NCBI GenBank assembly: GCA_039545335.1 | Contig: BCIN01000003.1 | Location: 2,055,060 to 2,119,059, forward strand | DNA from: Kondoa subrosea | Taxonomy: Eukaryota | Reading direction: 5' to 3' | Length of the DNA stretch: 64,000 nt | In this document: positions 37,872 through 52,269 of the stretch, one piece after another | Layout: the number at the start of each line of letters is the position of its first letter | How positions within the stretch are numbered: the stretch's first letter is position 1 | Program-made: the position numbers and the translations under genes | Notes under the pieces: model-generated | Told to the model about the DNA's origin: nothing | The model's input: the letters and a program-made list of their open reading frames with translations, nothing else | The model's database searches: none

Positions 37872-39973
37872 ATGACCACTCAAGTAAGTTCTTCATGTCA
37901 CGTCGTAATGCCAATTGTTGACTTCTTACTAAGGATCTTCTGCCTCTGCTGCCGAATCCGCATGCCGTGGTCAAGCGATACTTGGCTATCTTTCTTCTTT
38001 CCTTCATTGCTCTATCTCTCTTCTCGCGAATCATCAATCCTACATCTCTGAACACTTCTCCGCTACCCATTGATCCTTTTCTTCCGAAAGCAGAAATCTA
38101 TGATCCGCCTAATCAAACTCAATCAACTCGAGAGACGACTTTTCGTCGATCACTCGAACCGCAAGTATCTCTTCACCCTATCCCAGAAATATTAACGTCA
38201 AACGGAATCAAAGAAACACCCGTCAGTGCCATTTTAATCCATTGGAGAAGAAGAAGATCACTTGAATTCCTACTGGAAGCACTAGCTATTCAACCTTTTA
38301 TTCGAGAAATCATAGTATGGAACAATAATTCTGGTGTACATTTAGAAAAATTAGATCTCTTACCTTCTTTCGTTGGAGTCATCAATCCACCATCACTAAG
38401 AGTTTTCAACGCTCCTTCTTTCTTAGGAGATCAAGCAATCTTTACAGCTTGTACTTTGGCTAAATATTCAACTTGTTATTACAATCATGAAAATATCTAT
38501 AATCCAAGTTTGGGTCCACTTTACCTAAAATATGTTGATACGGATATCAAGAAACGTGGTTTGGTGGAATCGGTTGATCAAGCAACCTATTGGAGAATCA
38601 AGCACTTGCAATTCGAGAACCTTAGTGCGTGTTGGTTTCTGTATGACATTCCGCGCAACTGATTCATATACGAAACAGTTGACGTGGATCTACATGCTGC
38701 TTATACGCCATTCAGATCTGCTTTCTTCCCTAAACAATGGGCAAATCGGTTCTTGGCTCAACAAGCTACCACGCAAGACTTGCTCGATAGGAAAGCTTTG
38801 GCCAATAGTAGTCTCTTCTTTGGTATTTATACAAACTCTTACCCTTCTTTCGTGAGTTAGATGATCCTCCTCAACTGAAAAACAAGCTGAAAAAATCAAC
38901 AGATGATACATGATCTGTCACCGATCAATATTGAAGGGGAGGACGAAAAAGTGTTTCCTGTTCTCACGGCATCCCAAGAAGAGATTGTTGTCAGTCTAAG
39001 CCTCTTATCTGTTGAACCCAGGTCTCATTGATACATGTAGCTTGATGCGTTGACAAAGCTTTATGACACACTTCACTTGCAAGATCCAGCATTGATACCT
39101 AATCCCTTCCCTGTCGATTTCTCTCGATCAGACAACAGTATGAGGTGAGCTATATCTGCCCCTAAGAACACTAAGAGCTGATCTTTAACCCGGAAAAGAT
39201 CTCCCTGCGTCAACAATCAATGCATCTTCCTCTCCACTCTTGTACCTTTTCCATCACCTTCAACTTTCCGTATTCGATCAAAAGAAAACAACCTTCCTCC
39301 CGCTAGATCAGGTTCTTGGTTCCGCCCAGCGAAAAATGTAGCCTTGCAAGTCTCTTCAGCTCAAGATTACACAACAGCTCAATTCGATCCACGTTTACTT
39401 GATTCTTTATCTACTTATACTACTTCAATCGATGAATTGAAATCTAGTACTGGAGTACCTATTTTCCCAACGAAAGAAGATTGGGCAGAAAGGAATAATT
39501 TCGTTCGAGCTGTAGATGGGAAAGAAGAGACTTGTATGTTGACAAGATGGTCAGCTGTCAAAGGAGACTATTTCGGAGTGGAATTTTTGGTTGAGGTGAA
39601 GGATATAAAGGATGTGATCTTGCTTGGAAGCGCGGATTTAGTCAATATGTTGAGCGAAGGCGAAGAGAATTTGCAAGGTGACAGTTGGGAGGTCTTTACT
39701 CTTAGTCGAGGAAAGACCAGATGGGTGCGTCTGATCGGATAAGAAGCGCATGCCAAACTGATTTCTTTCACACAGGATCAACGAAAACTCGTCGCTGCAC
39801 CTATCTCGACGACAGCAACACTCAATGACATGCCGAGAGTTACTAGAGTCACCTTCAGCCTGGTTCCGCTAAGGGCGAATGGGTCAATACGGAAGATCAA
39901 GGTTGTGTCAAGCGACATTAAGCAAAAGCGATTAATGTTGTGTAGCATGCAATTCGATGATATCTTGGTCTAA
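37872..39973 (+). CDS. Type II membrane GT-A glycosyltransferase-like protein (GT64/EXT-like)
   Basis: N-terminal TM (YLAIFLLSFIALSLFS), SAILIHWRR..PFIREIIVWNNN, ACTLAKYSTCYY. Confidence 0.6.
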
Positions 39974-40017
39974 ACAATATATACAGCTTTAATACATCAT
40001 ACATGTATCGAAAATAT

Positions 40018-42157
40018 TCAATGTTCCCGCTCTGCTTCAGGCCGCGTTTGGGAGTTTCCAGGCAGAGGATATTCCTACAGCCTTCGATCAGCAGCTGAGC
40101 AAAGCCAGAGAATACCAGCTCACCTTGATGGGTAATACGAGCAATATCAGCAATATCGATAACCCAAGGTTATACCCAAACACGGCTTTAAGAGCAGCCT
40201 TGTATGAAGCTACTGCGGCCATCTTGATTTCTGGCGGCAGATCTTTAACAACAGAAGCTGTGTGTCTGATTTTCTCGATGAGCTAAAAAGATGTGATCAG
40301 TGGATATTCAGGCAAAAGTTCAATGGTGCTCACTTCCGAAGCGTTGTCTCCTGTTATCCTTTTCTTCAATTGAGACGATAAAGTGGCTTGCATGACCGCA
40401 GCGGACATGGCGACTCCAGTTACTTGACCAGTATATCTGCGCGGACAACAAACACATTCAGATTACAATGGGTCCCACAGAATGAGCGCAATACCTAAAC
40501 AAATAACTCATACCAGTAGCCGCTGCCATGTCTCCACGAGAAACAGCAGAGATGAGGGCGACTGTCGAATGTTTTTCAGGTTATTACCGCCTTACAATGG
40601 CAAGAACAATCAAGAAACTGACCTAAAAGAGAAGTCGTGATGCTTCCTATGCCAATACCAGACGGAATGACTGGAAGGAATGCTTAACAGGACACGAAAG
40701 TCACTTAGTGCAACGACTTACTGTCTGCCCATTGCTGCAGCAAGATTCGTTATTCAAAGACTCAATGTAAACTGGCGACAGACTGACTGCGAACTTTGAC
40801 GAGGTCTCTTTCAGAACCAAGAAAGCGATTAAAGTCGGTAATGTGATAGCAGCAGAGAACACGGTCGCAAAGTAGAATTTGCCAGTTCGCCTAATGACCA
40901 GTCCAATACCAAGTGAACCAGCAGATAGAGCTATTGAGCTTTCTTCTACTTCAGCCTAATTCAAGTTTGAGGTTGATACCTTACTTTGGTATTAGATGAT
41001 AGCCTGCTTCTGCACTTGTTGTCAAAAGAACAGCTTCGAACCACATTGGGTAGAAGTAGAGGATAGAGTAACCAATGGCGCTTCCGAAGAAGTTTGCAAG
41101 AAGTATACCTAAATAAGGGAAGACATATGAGCTTGCGATGAGTTACGATACGAAGTAGCTGACACGGCGGCGATCGCGACTTGAGCAATCGCATGGGCAT
41201 GACTGGTTCTCTTGAAACATATGTTTCTACATAGATAAAGGCGAACAGAAAGATGACGAAGACGATAAAGGGAGCATAGACAATAGCTTCTTTCCACGAT
41301 TTCTGCTCATTCGTTTTGTATGATAGACTGATCAGCAGACCTCCGACAGAAAGAATCAGAGTAAAACTGCCGAGGTAATCTATGGGTTCAAGACATCAAT
41401 AAAGTAGTCAGCTATTGTGGGAGATATCTATCTACCTATTCGCTTGAATTTCTCCATCCTCGAGCTTCCTTGACCTGGTAGTTGATAGTTCACCAGTAGA
41501 CTGACCAAGATGAAGGATATGGCGACTGTTGGCACTTGTCCAAGAAAGCTGCCGAGGTCGGTTTAGTATCACAATAGTGTAAACTGGAATAATAGCTCAC
41601 GCAAAGCGCCAGCCGACTTTGTCTGCAATGATTCCGCCCAATGGAGCACCTATACCCGCTCCAAAACCATAAAACAAATTCGCAACGCCTTGTATAAATC
41701 CTCGATCTTGCAGACTTGTCAAATCCGTTGCTACTATCGATGAGATCGACATCATTCCACCAGCACCACATCCTGCCAAAGCTCTCATGGCAATGAATGT
41801 AGGCAGATTCTTCGCCAACCCCGATCCTAACGTTCCGGCTCCAAACAAGAATAGGGCAAGCAGATTCGCAGCTCTCCTGCCCCAGATATCCGACAGTCGG
41901 CCATAAAGAGGAGTGAAGCAAGCTAGTGTGAGGAGATACGATGTACCGACCCAGCTTGATTGATTAGAAGCAGAGAAAGAAGAAGAGATGGGTGTCATCA
42001 TAGTAGCGACGCAAGTCGAGTCTGCTGCACCCAGAAAGACACCTAGCCATAATGCCATTAGAATGACCGCTTTGCGTTTCTTGCTTAATTGCAGCGGATC
42101 GTTGGATTGTTCAGGCTTTTTCAACAGAGCATCTCGCTCAGAAGGTGAGTTGCTCAT
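40018..42157 (-). CDS. MFS transporter, DHA2/vacuolar basic amino acid (VBA)-like
   Basis: SWVGTSYLL..PLYGRLSDIWGRR, RALAGCGAGG, GIGAPLGG..GWRFAF. Confidence 0.85.
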
Positions 42158-42460
42158 CGCAGGGTATACACCTAGCCAGCGATTGCAGACAGCGTAGGAT
42201 ATAGCAGTACTGGTAACGGATTCTCTCGTTGACTCGTGGTATGCCTATCGTATGGCCGATTGCAATCATGTCGCTGAAATTAGCTGAAATTACTATCTTG
42301 TAAGTGTTACTTTCGATTCGACTGTACTCAGTGGGAAGCCATATATTGATGTTACATGTATAACAATGCAGCCTAAACAATGACTTCAAGCGTATTCCCA
42401 AAATCCCAATCTAATCTGTCTGTGATATGTATCCCATCGAAGCCCTGAATGCACTACATC

Positions 42461-44546
42461 CTAAGGAGAGTAGCGGAAAGTCGGATTCGTCTTGTCTGTC
42501 AGATCCTGCAAACCCTGAAGGACCTGAGCAGCGATCGAGTTCTGATGATGCCGTTCTTCTTCACTGAGCTCGGCAAACTTCTTGTCTCGTAGCCGATTCT
42601 CGCGCATCATCAAACTCCAGCAGGTCCAGTAGCAGAAGAATAGAACGCATTGGAAGCAAAGAATGGTGAGAATACCAGTCTGCGCCGATCGTCAGCATTA
42701 GCTTCGATCGTCGCAAGAGTGCTTTTCTAGCTTACATGGTAGACTGGGGCTTCGCGAGCCAAGAATGCTTGTGGAATAACAGTGCTAGAAACACAATACG
42801 ATGCATCTGTTCAAAGAAACGGTTGTTAGCCTTAGCACAAGAAACCGTATACCATAACGTACAGAACATCATCTGGACAGTAGACTTCTTCGTCATGCCC
42901 GCGACATTGTTACCCACGACCGCAATGAGTACAGCCTGAATAGAGGATCAGCAAATGACTGATCGATGTCCAAGATGAACTCACGAAAGAGCAGTTATTG
43001 ATTGCTACCAAATAAAGCGCGAACAACAACAGACGTCCATTTTTCCCATTCGGAGAATTTGTATACAGAATCGCGCAACCGGCAATCACGCAAAGTGCAG
43101 CCAATGAAAGAATGGGCTGCTTCATGTTCCTCAAAGGCCTGACGAAAGTTACGAGGCCAAGAACCAGAGTTGAGGTGATTGTCTGAATGGCGAATGTTGG
43201 AATCTGCAATAGAGTGGAAACGAGAGGACTGTAGCCAAATCCACGAATAACTGTGCGTGTGTCGGATTAGTTTTAGATATAGGACGATGACAGTCAAACT
43301 TACCAAGACCGAGGAAATTGGTGTTGAGCGTTCCACCAGCGGCACCCGCGAAAAGGCAGGTGATCATCAACCATACTTTGATATCCGTCAATGCCTCGAT
43401 GCATTGCTTCCACTTCCATGTCTTGCTCTTCAAGCCAGTCTGAGCGCGAGCTACTCTTTCCACAGCAATGGCCTTTTCACGGTCATTGAGCCATCTTGCG
43501 TTGATAGGTGAATCGGGAATGAAGAAGAACTTGAGAACATGGTTAGAGTAATTATCGAAGTAACTGGCTATATACGTACGACCAGAAGGCCTGTAATGCA
43601 GGTCACCAAGCCCAAAAGCAAGAAGATAGCACGCCATGGGCTGAATGAGGAGTTCGAGTGACCAATACCTATCACGCATGTGAGCAAAAGTATCCGAATA
43701 TACCCTGTAGAATAGGACTTACCGTAGTAAATAAGAAGGAAAGGAATAGGCATGAGACCATTGTTGATAGTCCACAGAGCTGTGGAAGCAAGAGTCGGAT
43801 CAAGAAGGTGGTCTGTCAATCTGGAGACGAGACAACATACCAGTTCTCCACGGCAGCTCTTTCTGCGTGTACCATCTAGTATTGATAAGTGCGAAACCAG
43901 GGTTGAGGCATGATTCAAAGAAGCCCAGGAGCTAAAATTACAAAGGTGAGCGAGATTCTGTTGGGCAGGTTTTGGACATACTACTCGTAGAACCGCTAGA
44001 CCTGCAAAGTTCTTACAGCCAACCATACCGATCATTGTTATACCCCAGCAAAAGACCATTACGCCAATAAACTTGCCAGCGTGAAACTTCTGCATGGCCC
44101 AGATGGAAGGAAAGATTCCCACAGCATAGCCGACATAAAATAAGCTGACGGCCAGAGAAAAGTCGGTACCCTTGAGGTTGAGATCTGTACGCAAGCCATA
44201 GATTGCTGCATTACCAAGAGCTGCCTTGTCCACGAATTGAATGCCAGTTGCTAGTGCCATGATGACCATTCTATATAACGCAGCAGTCAGCAAGGATCTC
44301 TCTGGCGCAACAGTGAACGCACAGCCGCCAATCAATCTTGCGCAGAACCCGCCGTTCTTCTTCAGGCGTGAAATCGATTCTCTGACCGCGAAGAGCTTTT
44401 GCATTGTCATCGATATCATCTCCTTCCAAGTCAGACTCTTTGATCATGTCCAGATCTGGTGCATGTGCCGCAGTGGCATCCTCCTTATACAGGACATCTG
44501 AATTTTCAGAATAGGTGGAAGGTTGCTTTGCCAGCTTCTCGCTCAT
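42461..44546 (-). CDS. MFS anion:cation symporter, allantoate permease (DAL5)-like
   Basis: EERRVLRKIDW, QFVDKAALGNAAIYGLRTDL, PDSPINARWL, NVAGMTKK, DLTDKTNPTFRY. Confidence 0.85.
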
Positions 44547-45392
44547 GATGCCAGAGTATAGGATCGTGATGAGGGAAAGAGCACAGGTAATTGATACGGG
44601 GAAAGATTTGCTTTCTGACTTTAAAGGCGGGGGCAGGCAGCCGGAACAATTCTCCCTGCCAAATTGCGCCAAGACTGGAGCACCGCGTCTTTTTACTACG
44701 TAGTAAGTGCGGGCAGACGAACATGTCCGCTTGGGAATTCTGGTGTCACGCCAGACCACTGGCCAGCGGTGTGTCTTATCGCAAGAGATTCGCTTTCAGC
44801 CGATGAACTCCGATGCAAAGATTATTGCGTAGCGAGCGTCATGAAGAGGTCAAGTTGCGGGAAAGATCATTGACCACCGCTGGGGTTCAGTGCGTTGAGA
44901 TTGAATGCATTTCTTGTCAAACTCTTCCTTAAAGATTTTCCGGACGAGCAATTGGATTTTCAATAGTTGCAGTCATTTCTTGCATTCGTACATTCAAGCA
45001 TTCAGTAGCGCGTAGCGACTGGTCTTGTTATCGCCGATTCATAGCTTGCAGACTTACACGAGCCAAAACATGCATCCGCGCATCTCTCGTTCCATGATCA
45101 TTCTGCGAAGCTCTGTATACCCACAGTGATCTGTCGATGTACTATCCACTGTTTCCACAGCTCAACGCAGCGGTATCGCTGGGCTGCTATTTGCAAGTCC
45201 GCTAGTTTTCGCAACTCAATTCTTCATCAATATTCCGTGTGTCCTCCCAGTGACATTGCAACATTTTCATCTTGAGTCGTCTGCAGAACGTTCTGAACAA
45301 GGGTATCTTCTGTCTAAATATGCTGTTTTTGGAGGTGCATGACAACATCGAATTTCACAAGCTCAAAACCTGTTTGATCTCAAACATCCAAC

Positions 45393-47096
45393 ATGGTTCA
45401 CCGGTCTGCACCCTGGACCCCTCAATCCAGCGAGGAGCGAGCCTATTTCACTGGTCATGGTCCAGAAGCCTCTCAGTCTGCCTTGTTTACTGCTCTTGTT
45501 GAACCCTTCTTGCAATTGTTCAGCTCCTACACATGTCCTGACACTTCCTATGGTCGTTTAGATCTACCTAGATCTCCTGCTGAAGCTGCTTTACGAAGAG
45601 ACTATGATGCTCAAGATACTCAAATCTGGTTAGATGGGTCAGAAAGCAGCTCGAGTGAGATTCGAGTTGTCCATGGCAAGGAATGGATACACTATACCGT
45701 CTTACAATCGAGGTCGAAACGGATTGACGTGGATCTGCTGCTCGTACATGGTTATTGTATGTCATGTTGCGGAAGCAATGTAGTACTGCCTCATTTCTCG
45801 TTTCAAGGTGATTATGCTATGGGTCTTGCTGCACATGCACGCTTTTTCCGTACGTATACTTGATGTCGCAATACGAGGTGAGTTAGGTTGATGCTCTCTT
45901 TCCCTGAAGTGGATCAAGGCATCAGAGTCATCATGCCGTACGTTATTATTTATCCTTCGCCGTCTGACCATCACTGACGTGGAACAGCGATTTACCGTCA
46001 CATGGACGCTCTTCAGGCCTGCACACATATATAAATTCAGCAGATGCTTTACCGGACGCAATCCATCGAGTTCTGCTCGATTTACGTAAGCGAGATCAAT
46101 CATCTGAGCAGAGAAGGAAACTGTTCATTTTTGGTCAATCCATGGGTGAGTATTAGACCTGCTACCCCTCCACCGACTGATGTTCTCAGTAAGGCGGATA
46201 TTCCGTGGTTGACTATGCTGCAAGATATCAAGACACAATCAAGATAGATGGAATGATTGCAATGTGTCCTATGCTAGAAATTGCGTTCGTAGTACTCTCA
46301 TGTCAGCTCTCGTGTTACATACTGATTTGCCAGGATAGTAAGGAGACTAGACCTGGAAAACCTGTTGAACTTATTGGAAGGCTGGTCAAGCCATGGGCTG
46401 GTCGTTTGCCTTTAGTACATGCTATTCGGTTGGCATTATCGCTTTGAGTACTTGATGCAGCTGATGTGGTTGCTGCAGCGGGAAAGTTTCAGATGAGTAA
46501 GTCACCCCCCAAGCGTATTAAAGCTCTAAAGTTGACCTTCCACAGTCCTTGGGTGGAACAGCGTTTCAATCTCGAGTAGGTTTACTCTTATAGCCTCTTG
46601 GGAACTGCATTGACGTGATGTCTTTCCAGTCCGCAAACAGTGAGTCTCGAGCAGTAAACGCTAGACATCGCTCACCCAATTTGCCTGTAGTACCACGGCA
46701 AGCTGCGGATTGGCACTGGGCTAGCCTTCCTGGAAGGGATTTTGAGCATCGGCGACAAGTTTGACAAGCTCACGGTACCAATGTTAGCGGTACATGGAGT
46801 GAGCCTATTTCTGCACTTTCCGATTCACTCAACTGAATGGCTGATTCGTGATTACTAGCTGAAAGATAGAGTGACTTCGCCTCGCAGAACAGAAGAAATG
46901 TTTAAGATTGCTCCTAGCAAAGATAAAACATTAGAACTTGTAAGCTTGTTACGTGTATCAGTGTCTCTGAGCTGAAAAGGAATAGATGGACGGGTATGAG
47001 CATGTCATGCTACGAACGGGAAGTGACGAAGAAGATGATAAACCAAGACAGAAAGTGATCAAACTTGTACTAGACTGGATATTAGAAAGACAATAG
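45393..47096 (+). CDS. Alpha/beta hydrolase, monoacylglycerol lipase/lysophospholipase-like
   Basis: LLVHG, FGQSMGG nucleophile elbow, YHGKLRIGTG, HG..DRVT, GYEHVML. Confidence 0.8.
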
Positions 47097-47187
47097 GACA
47101 CGTCATTACATCTGACATATTTCGCGACATCTTGCACATAATAGGGCCGGCTCTTATAGATTTCAATAATTCATCTTGCTTAACCCT

Positions 47188-48036
47188 TCAAACGTTTGAT
47201 ATGCCAATTTGCTTAAGAAAATCAGGGACTTCTATATGATCGCGAGGCTGATTGAAGAAGATCAGCATCCAAGTAAATAATAGCGAAGATCGACTGACTC
47301 CAACCATTCTGGACTGGCATCAGTGATCGATCTGACAGAGACATCGCAGATAAGACTCACTTATGCATGAAGGTGCACACTCCATTCTTAAAGACCAGTT
47401 CTCCTCCATTCTGAGTATGATCGCTAACGCGGAACACGCCCATTCGAAACAATGACTGTCGACAATTAGTTCGAAGGCAGTCGAAACGTATGGTGGAAGT
47501 TCAGCTCACCCACATTCCAACAAAGAACGCTTGCCAATCTGGAATTCGAGCATAACTCGCTACTATTGGGGCGGAAGTGGTTCTACTGAAGCCCAAAGTA
47601 CGGTATAAATCATATGTAGGTTGAGTATAGATTTCGAAAGGACAGTCGAGGAAGTCTTTGTACGGCTCAATTCTGCCCACGTAACTGTGCTTAGTCGCGG
47701 AAGAAATGGTTCTAGTCAGACTCACACTTTAGGATGTCCATGACCGATAATAATAAGCTTGCTTCTATTGCTTAGTAGCTGTGCTGGAGTAACAGCTTTG
47801 ACGAGCTCAGCAACATAATTTTGACACTGTTGCCTCAATCAGAATCTATTTTCTTGTTGTGAACGAGATAAGCGATTTACAGAGCAACAGTGGAATTGTC
47901 GGATGAATACCACAAGAACGGTGTCTACAATTGAAGAGGATGAGATTAGATCTCCGAAGTTGAACGGTTGTCCTTTAGAATCGAGCACTGATTGTTTGCG
48001 AATAGAAGTATCGATATCGGTTGATAATTGGGACAT
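47188..48036 (-). CDS. AhpC/TSA-2 (PRXL2/AAED1-like) thioredoxin-fold protein
   Basis: LVVFIRQFHCC..CQNY, IIIGHG, YDLYRTLG, QNGGELVF, DHIEV. Confidence 0.75.
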
Positions 48037-48337
48037 GGCAACACTAGAAATCCTCGATAGAGACGGATTGTTCAGGACGAAAAAGAGAGGTCAGACAGAG
48101 GAGCGAGAAAGAGAAGAAACCCGTGACAACAGTCTAGAAACCAGTCGGCACATGTTGTGCATCACCGTTCTTTGCTTCGCCAGAGGAGCTGAAATCTTGG
48201 CACCATGCCTAGACGCAGTATTTGTTCCCAAGCCAATCCACCAGCAAGATGGGCGAATGCGATCACAAATGGCCGGGCAGGACGACCTTGGGTCGAATAT
48301 TCTGATGCTTGTTATCTCGAACCGTTAGGCCCGACAG

Positions 48338-48864
48338 ATGACACAAAAGCTCACTTATAAGGTGTATGGCAAAGTTCAAGGTTCCTCCTTCCTGGTCTAT
48401 GATTAATCCGCCTAGAACTGAATGATTCGTTCGTAGGAGTTTGCTTCAGGGACTTCACACAGCAGAAAGCTAGATCCCTATCGCTTTCAGGCTGGGTCTC
48501 TAACGCATCTGTAAGCTCTACAAGCTCATGAGCTGTCCTTGGCTGAGATCGATCGCAGGATGGATCCGTTACGTAAGCCAAACCAACCATCAATGACAGA
48601 TCCTGATGTCGCGTCAGCGGTGAGGCTTTCGGCGAGAAGAGTGCTCTAGAGACCTTGTATGCTCTCACTGTTCAAGTTGACTCACTGGCTGAACTTCAAG
48701 TAGCAAATCCGCTCTAGGCGAAGGCCCACGAGCTGCGCGAGTTGGTACGTATGCGTTTGCCTCTGCTAATACATAGCTGAGGCGCTCGTGTGCGTACAGA
48801 TAAGGTCGAAGCTAGCTTGTCAGATGCTCAGGGCTCAAAATCAGGTTCCTTTGAAGTGCGTTAA
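48338..48864 (+). CDS. Acylphosphatase (highly fragmented, absent from the ORF track)
   Basis: Spliced MTQKLTYKVYGKVQG|VCFRDFTQQKA..LSGWVSN..DGSV..GEA..GP..FEVR*; GxVQGVxFR and GWVxN catalytic motifs. Confidence 0.85.
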
Positions 48865-48987
48865 AACAGCTCGTGAAAAGGAAAAGGCAGTTCTACTGTT
48901 GTAAATAGCCACTATGCATGGATTACTCACGGAATTAGCGACTTTCACGCGTCATTTGGGTTTGTTGCTTTTTGACATTAAACCATT

Positions 48988-51828
48988 ATGTCGCAAGAAT
49001 GGCTCAAGGATCAGGACACCGGTTCGCGCACCTCTCTCAACCTGCTACAGTGCTGACTGTACACCCACGCAGACGAGGAAGAGCTAGACGATGTTTAACC
49101 TTTGATTTCCACAAATCGACCTTGGGAGGCTGATTCCACTCAACAGGACTCGCAATACGAGAGTACAAAAGATGCTGTACTCTTCTGCATCCAATCTACA
49201 CCTAGTCTGGTAGCTACAAAAGACGATGAAGGCAATGAGAAAGTACCTTTGCTGCTTAGCATCTTCAAAGAATTGCTCGCTTTTTGCAAGAGGAAAGTCA
49301 TTATGGCTGCTAAAGACAAGGTTGGCGTACTACTGTATGATACGGTTGGTGGGACATGCTGCTATTGTGCTTCGGCTCATGCATCGGGTGCGCCTCCAAC
49401 AGGAAGAACGAGCTGATGTTGGAGGAGACGGCTGGGAACATATCTTCTTAATCCAAGACTTGGAACAAGTCAGCGTTGAATTCATTCAAAAGCTAAAAGA
49501 ATTGATCGAATGTATGTTTGGTTTTTGGTCATACTTGAGCTCAAATTAAGGCTAAGTTTGGTACCAGCTGCTGAAAAGAATCCTGTTGCTCTCGCTCATC
49601 GGTTCAGACCACACAAGGAAGAGAAGAGCTTTCTTCCGTCCGCTTTTACTGCTTGTAACACAATCTATCGCTCAAGGTGCGCCTCAAAGAACATGACTTT
49701 GATTTTCGCGCCTTAATGACACTCACTGCCATAGGGCTGCCAACTTCAGTAGTACTCGTATCTTCTTTATCACCGATAATGATGATCCAATGCCTTACGA
49801 AGGTGGCCTGAAGTTGAAAGATACTCTTAAGCAAAGAGCAGATGTCAGTCTAAGGGCAAGTCAGGTAGAAATGTACTGACAACGGATCCTTGGAACTGAC
49901 AGGATCTGTCGGAAATGAGTTATCGTGTAATTCCCTTCTTCATCTCACCTGCACTCGATCGACCGTTTGATGTGGAGAAATTCTATTCCGTAAGATACTA
50001 ATTTCTGCTATCCCATTTCCTGCTAATGACAGATATGCAGGCCGTTTTACAATCGCACATCGATTTTGATCAACCGGACCAGTTCTCCATCTGTGAACCA
50101 GGCGACAACATGTTTCAGGAACTTCAAGAGCAACTCAAGATCCGAACTACTCCTAAACGTTCTGCTTTCACTATTCCATTCATTATGGGCAAAGGTCTCG
50201 AGTTCTCTGTACAAGGATACAGTCTAATCAACGAAACGAAGAAACAACCTTCAGTACATGTGGATACTAGTAGGAAAGAAGTCACGGAGATGAAACAAGT
50301 AGCAGAATGGAACGATGCTGTACGTTCTTGAAATCTTGACGATTGGCGCGAAGGCTGATATCTGGGATGCTTCTAATGTACAGCAAGGTCGACCTCTGGA
50401 TGCAAAGTATATCAAACCGTACTTCTCAGTCGGTACCAAAGGAGGGAAAGAAGAGAAGGTCGTTTTCGCTAAAGATGATATCCAAACACTCAAAAATCTG
50501 GGAATGAAACCTTGTCAGTGCATGTCGAACATGGTTGAGTCTACGCTCATTGCTTATTCTTCATTGCTGACAGCTCTTCGATTATTGGGATTTGTGGATC
50601 CCGATCGATTCGCGTACGAGCATCAAGTCAAGCATGCTTATTTTATCTACCCTACCGAAAAGGTGAGTATAAGACAACGCACCACTACCTGACTCAAATC
50701 GATTGATAGATTTGGACTGGAAGTATCAGAACCTTCTCAGCTTTGCTTTCGACCATGCTAGAGAAAGAACGAGCAGGTCTTGGTCTTTTCTTACCTCGTC
50801 GAAACACTACTCCGCAATTCGTCCTGATCATTCCTCAAGTTAGCAAAGTCCGCTATACTCCGAATGTCATTGTGCTGAATAGGATCTGTTGATCAGGAAG
50901 AAAAGAACAATGCTAAAGGAGTGCAGACCAAACCTCCTGGCATGCATTTGATCCATCTTGGTTTTACTGATGATATCCGACCTCACAATCTTAACGGAAC
51001 GTTGTCCGTGCTATCTGCTGAAGATGACGGTCAGCCTCTTGTCTCTTGCACGCCATTCTGCGTTTCCAATGCTTTCAGGTTCACAGATGATTCGCCTGGC
51101 AGCAAAATGATCGATACCATGAAGAGCATTTTGGGCAAGCTGAAACAGAAAGGAGCATACGATCCGGATGTTTATCCTAATCCAGGCGAGTGTAGCGATA
51201 CATCTTCAGTTTGTATACTGATGGTATGGATCCACGCTGGCAGATCTCAATCATCATTACGAAACTCTTCAAGCTATTGCACTCAAAGAAGCCATTCCTG
51301 AACCAAATGATCGAACTGTGAGGATGCCTTTCCTCGATAGATCCCTAGCTGATAGATATGCAGGTTCCGTTATATCATGCTATCAAGCAGGTGCGGTCAC
51401 TCCTTCAGTGTGCCTTCATACGCTAAAGGGAGCGATAGCGCGCCGGCGACCTGATCATTAAATTCAAAGAGCAGGCTGACGACAATCCTCTCTCACAAGT
51501 CGAAGTATTGGGACCAGGAGCAAAGGTCAAACCAAAGAAAGCTACAGTCACCAAGAAACGAAAGCGGAACTCGGATTCGGAGGAGGAGAACCAAGAAGTT
51601 GACATCGTTTCTCGATTCAAGTCACGTACACAAACGTCGCTCAAAGTAGAGGAGATGAAAGATTATCTGAGGTCGGAATCATGCAAAGTGGGGGGCAAGA
51701 AGCCAGATTTGATCGAAAGAATTAGGGAGCATTGTGCGTGGCGCTTCACTGCTTTCAACTTTATGCTGATAGTTGGGACCAATGCAGTACAAGGGAAAGG
51801 CTTGCTCGAAGATGGCTTGTTTCTCTAG
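48988..51828 (+). CDS. KU70: ATP-dependent DNA helicase II 70 kDa subunit (Ku70) with C-terminal SAP domain
   Basis: KDAVLFCI, DKVGVLLYDT, RIFFITDNDDP, LRLLGF..KHAYFIYP, PPGMHLIHLGFTDDIR, YPNP, LKVEEMKDYL..GKKPDLIERI. Confidence 0.93.
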
Positions 51829-52269
51829 GACGACAGTCAGAACATTGTCCTAGAGTCCAGTAATCTGTAAGGATACCATGCATGTAACAACAGTCATCGA
51901 AGCTACACGAGTTTACAAGATCCAGATGAGCAAGTAATAACACATTCGGATTGTTCAAACATCGCGAGCAAGCTTCTTATTTGTGCTCCATTGAGGTTGA
52001 AGGCTCAAATTGGCACGAAAAGGTGTCCACACCAAGGTGGAGAGTTTGCGCATTTTCATTTGTCTTTTGCGCTAATATGCTTTGTAGTATCGGCTTACTA
52101 TTGATTATTAGACACTGAAGTGCAATCTCTCCGCTTCGTTTTGCGCTTTTGACTTTCTTCCATGCATCATGCCGCAGCAAAGAATTTGCGATATCGTGGC
52201 TTTGCGCGCGTCTATCAACCGATGGAAGTCCTTCCCTGACCTCTGTGATGCTAGTGTTTCTCCCTCGTC

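Noticed and set aside
48050..48950. Possible ncRNA in the apparent gap before KU70
   Set aside because: Explained by the micro-exon acylphosphatase gene
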